From contig NW_024704743.1 in NCBI RefSeq assembly GCF_018977255.1, forward strand, positions 15,254,001 to 15,318,000: a stretch of DNA of 64,000 nt. The letters run 5' to 3'. The notes below the pieces were generated by a model. It made no database searches. It worked only from the letters and a program-made list of their open reading frames with translations, and was not told where the DNA came from. The stretch is from Callorhinchus milii (lineage: Eukaryota). The translations under genes and the position numbers were made by a program. Of this stretch, positions 63,951 to 64,000 are shown one piece after another (the first letter of the stretch is position 1; each line of letters starts with the position of its first letter).

Positions 63951-64000
63951 GAGCCATATCCCAGTAAAAGGGAAGAGGAGTCGAACATTTTTAGGGCAGA

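Noticed and set aside
62283..64000. UBP1 exon 8 or the LBP-1b alternative exon
   Set aside because: No matching peptide with splice sites found; probably beyond the window.

Overview
Vertebrate genomic DNA, most likely from a cartilaginous fish (inferred from the repeat content; the species cannot be determined from this window). Two spliced genes lie on the + strand: the last six coding exons and 3' UTR of CLASP2 (3331-20322, likely poly(A) signal at 21898) and the CpG-rich promoter plus the first seven coding exons of UBP1/LBP-1 (ATG at 43384, continuing past the window). This matches the human CLASP2-UBP1 gene order. All exon junctions are GT-AG and keep the reading frame. Introns and the intergenic region are dense with L2- and CR1-clade LINE fragments, tRNA-derived SINEs, a Tigger/pogo-like MITE, a probable Helitron-like family and an unclassified poly(A)-tailed retroposon family. 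The most unusual structure is at the UBP1 5' end: about 700 bp of promoter and exon 1 sit between two oppositely oriented arrays (~4.1 kb and ~1.7 kb) of one ~22-28 bp minisatellite whose unit copies the UBP1 exon 1 splice donor. A Penelope-type fold-back element carrying a degenerate minimal hammerhead ribozyme motif lies in a CLASP2 intron. Most ORFs in the supplied track are repeat-derived or spurious.
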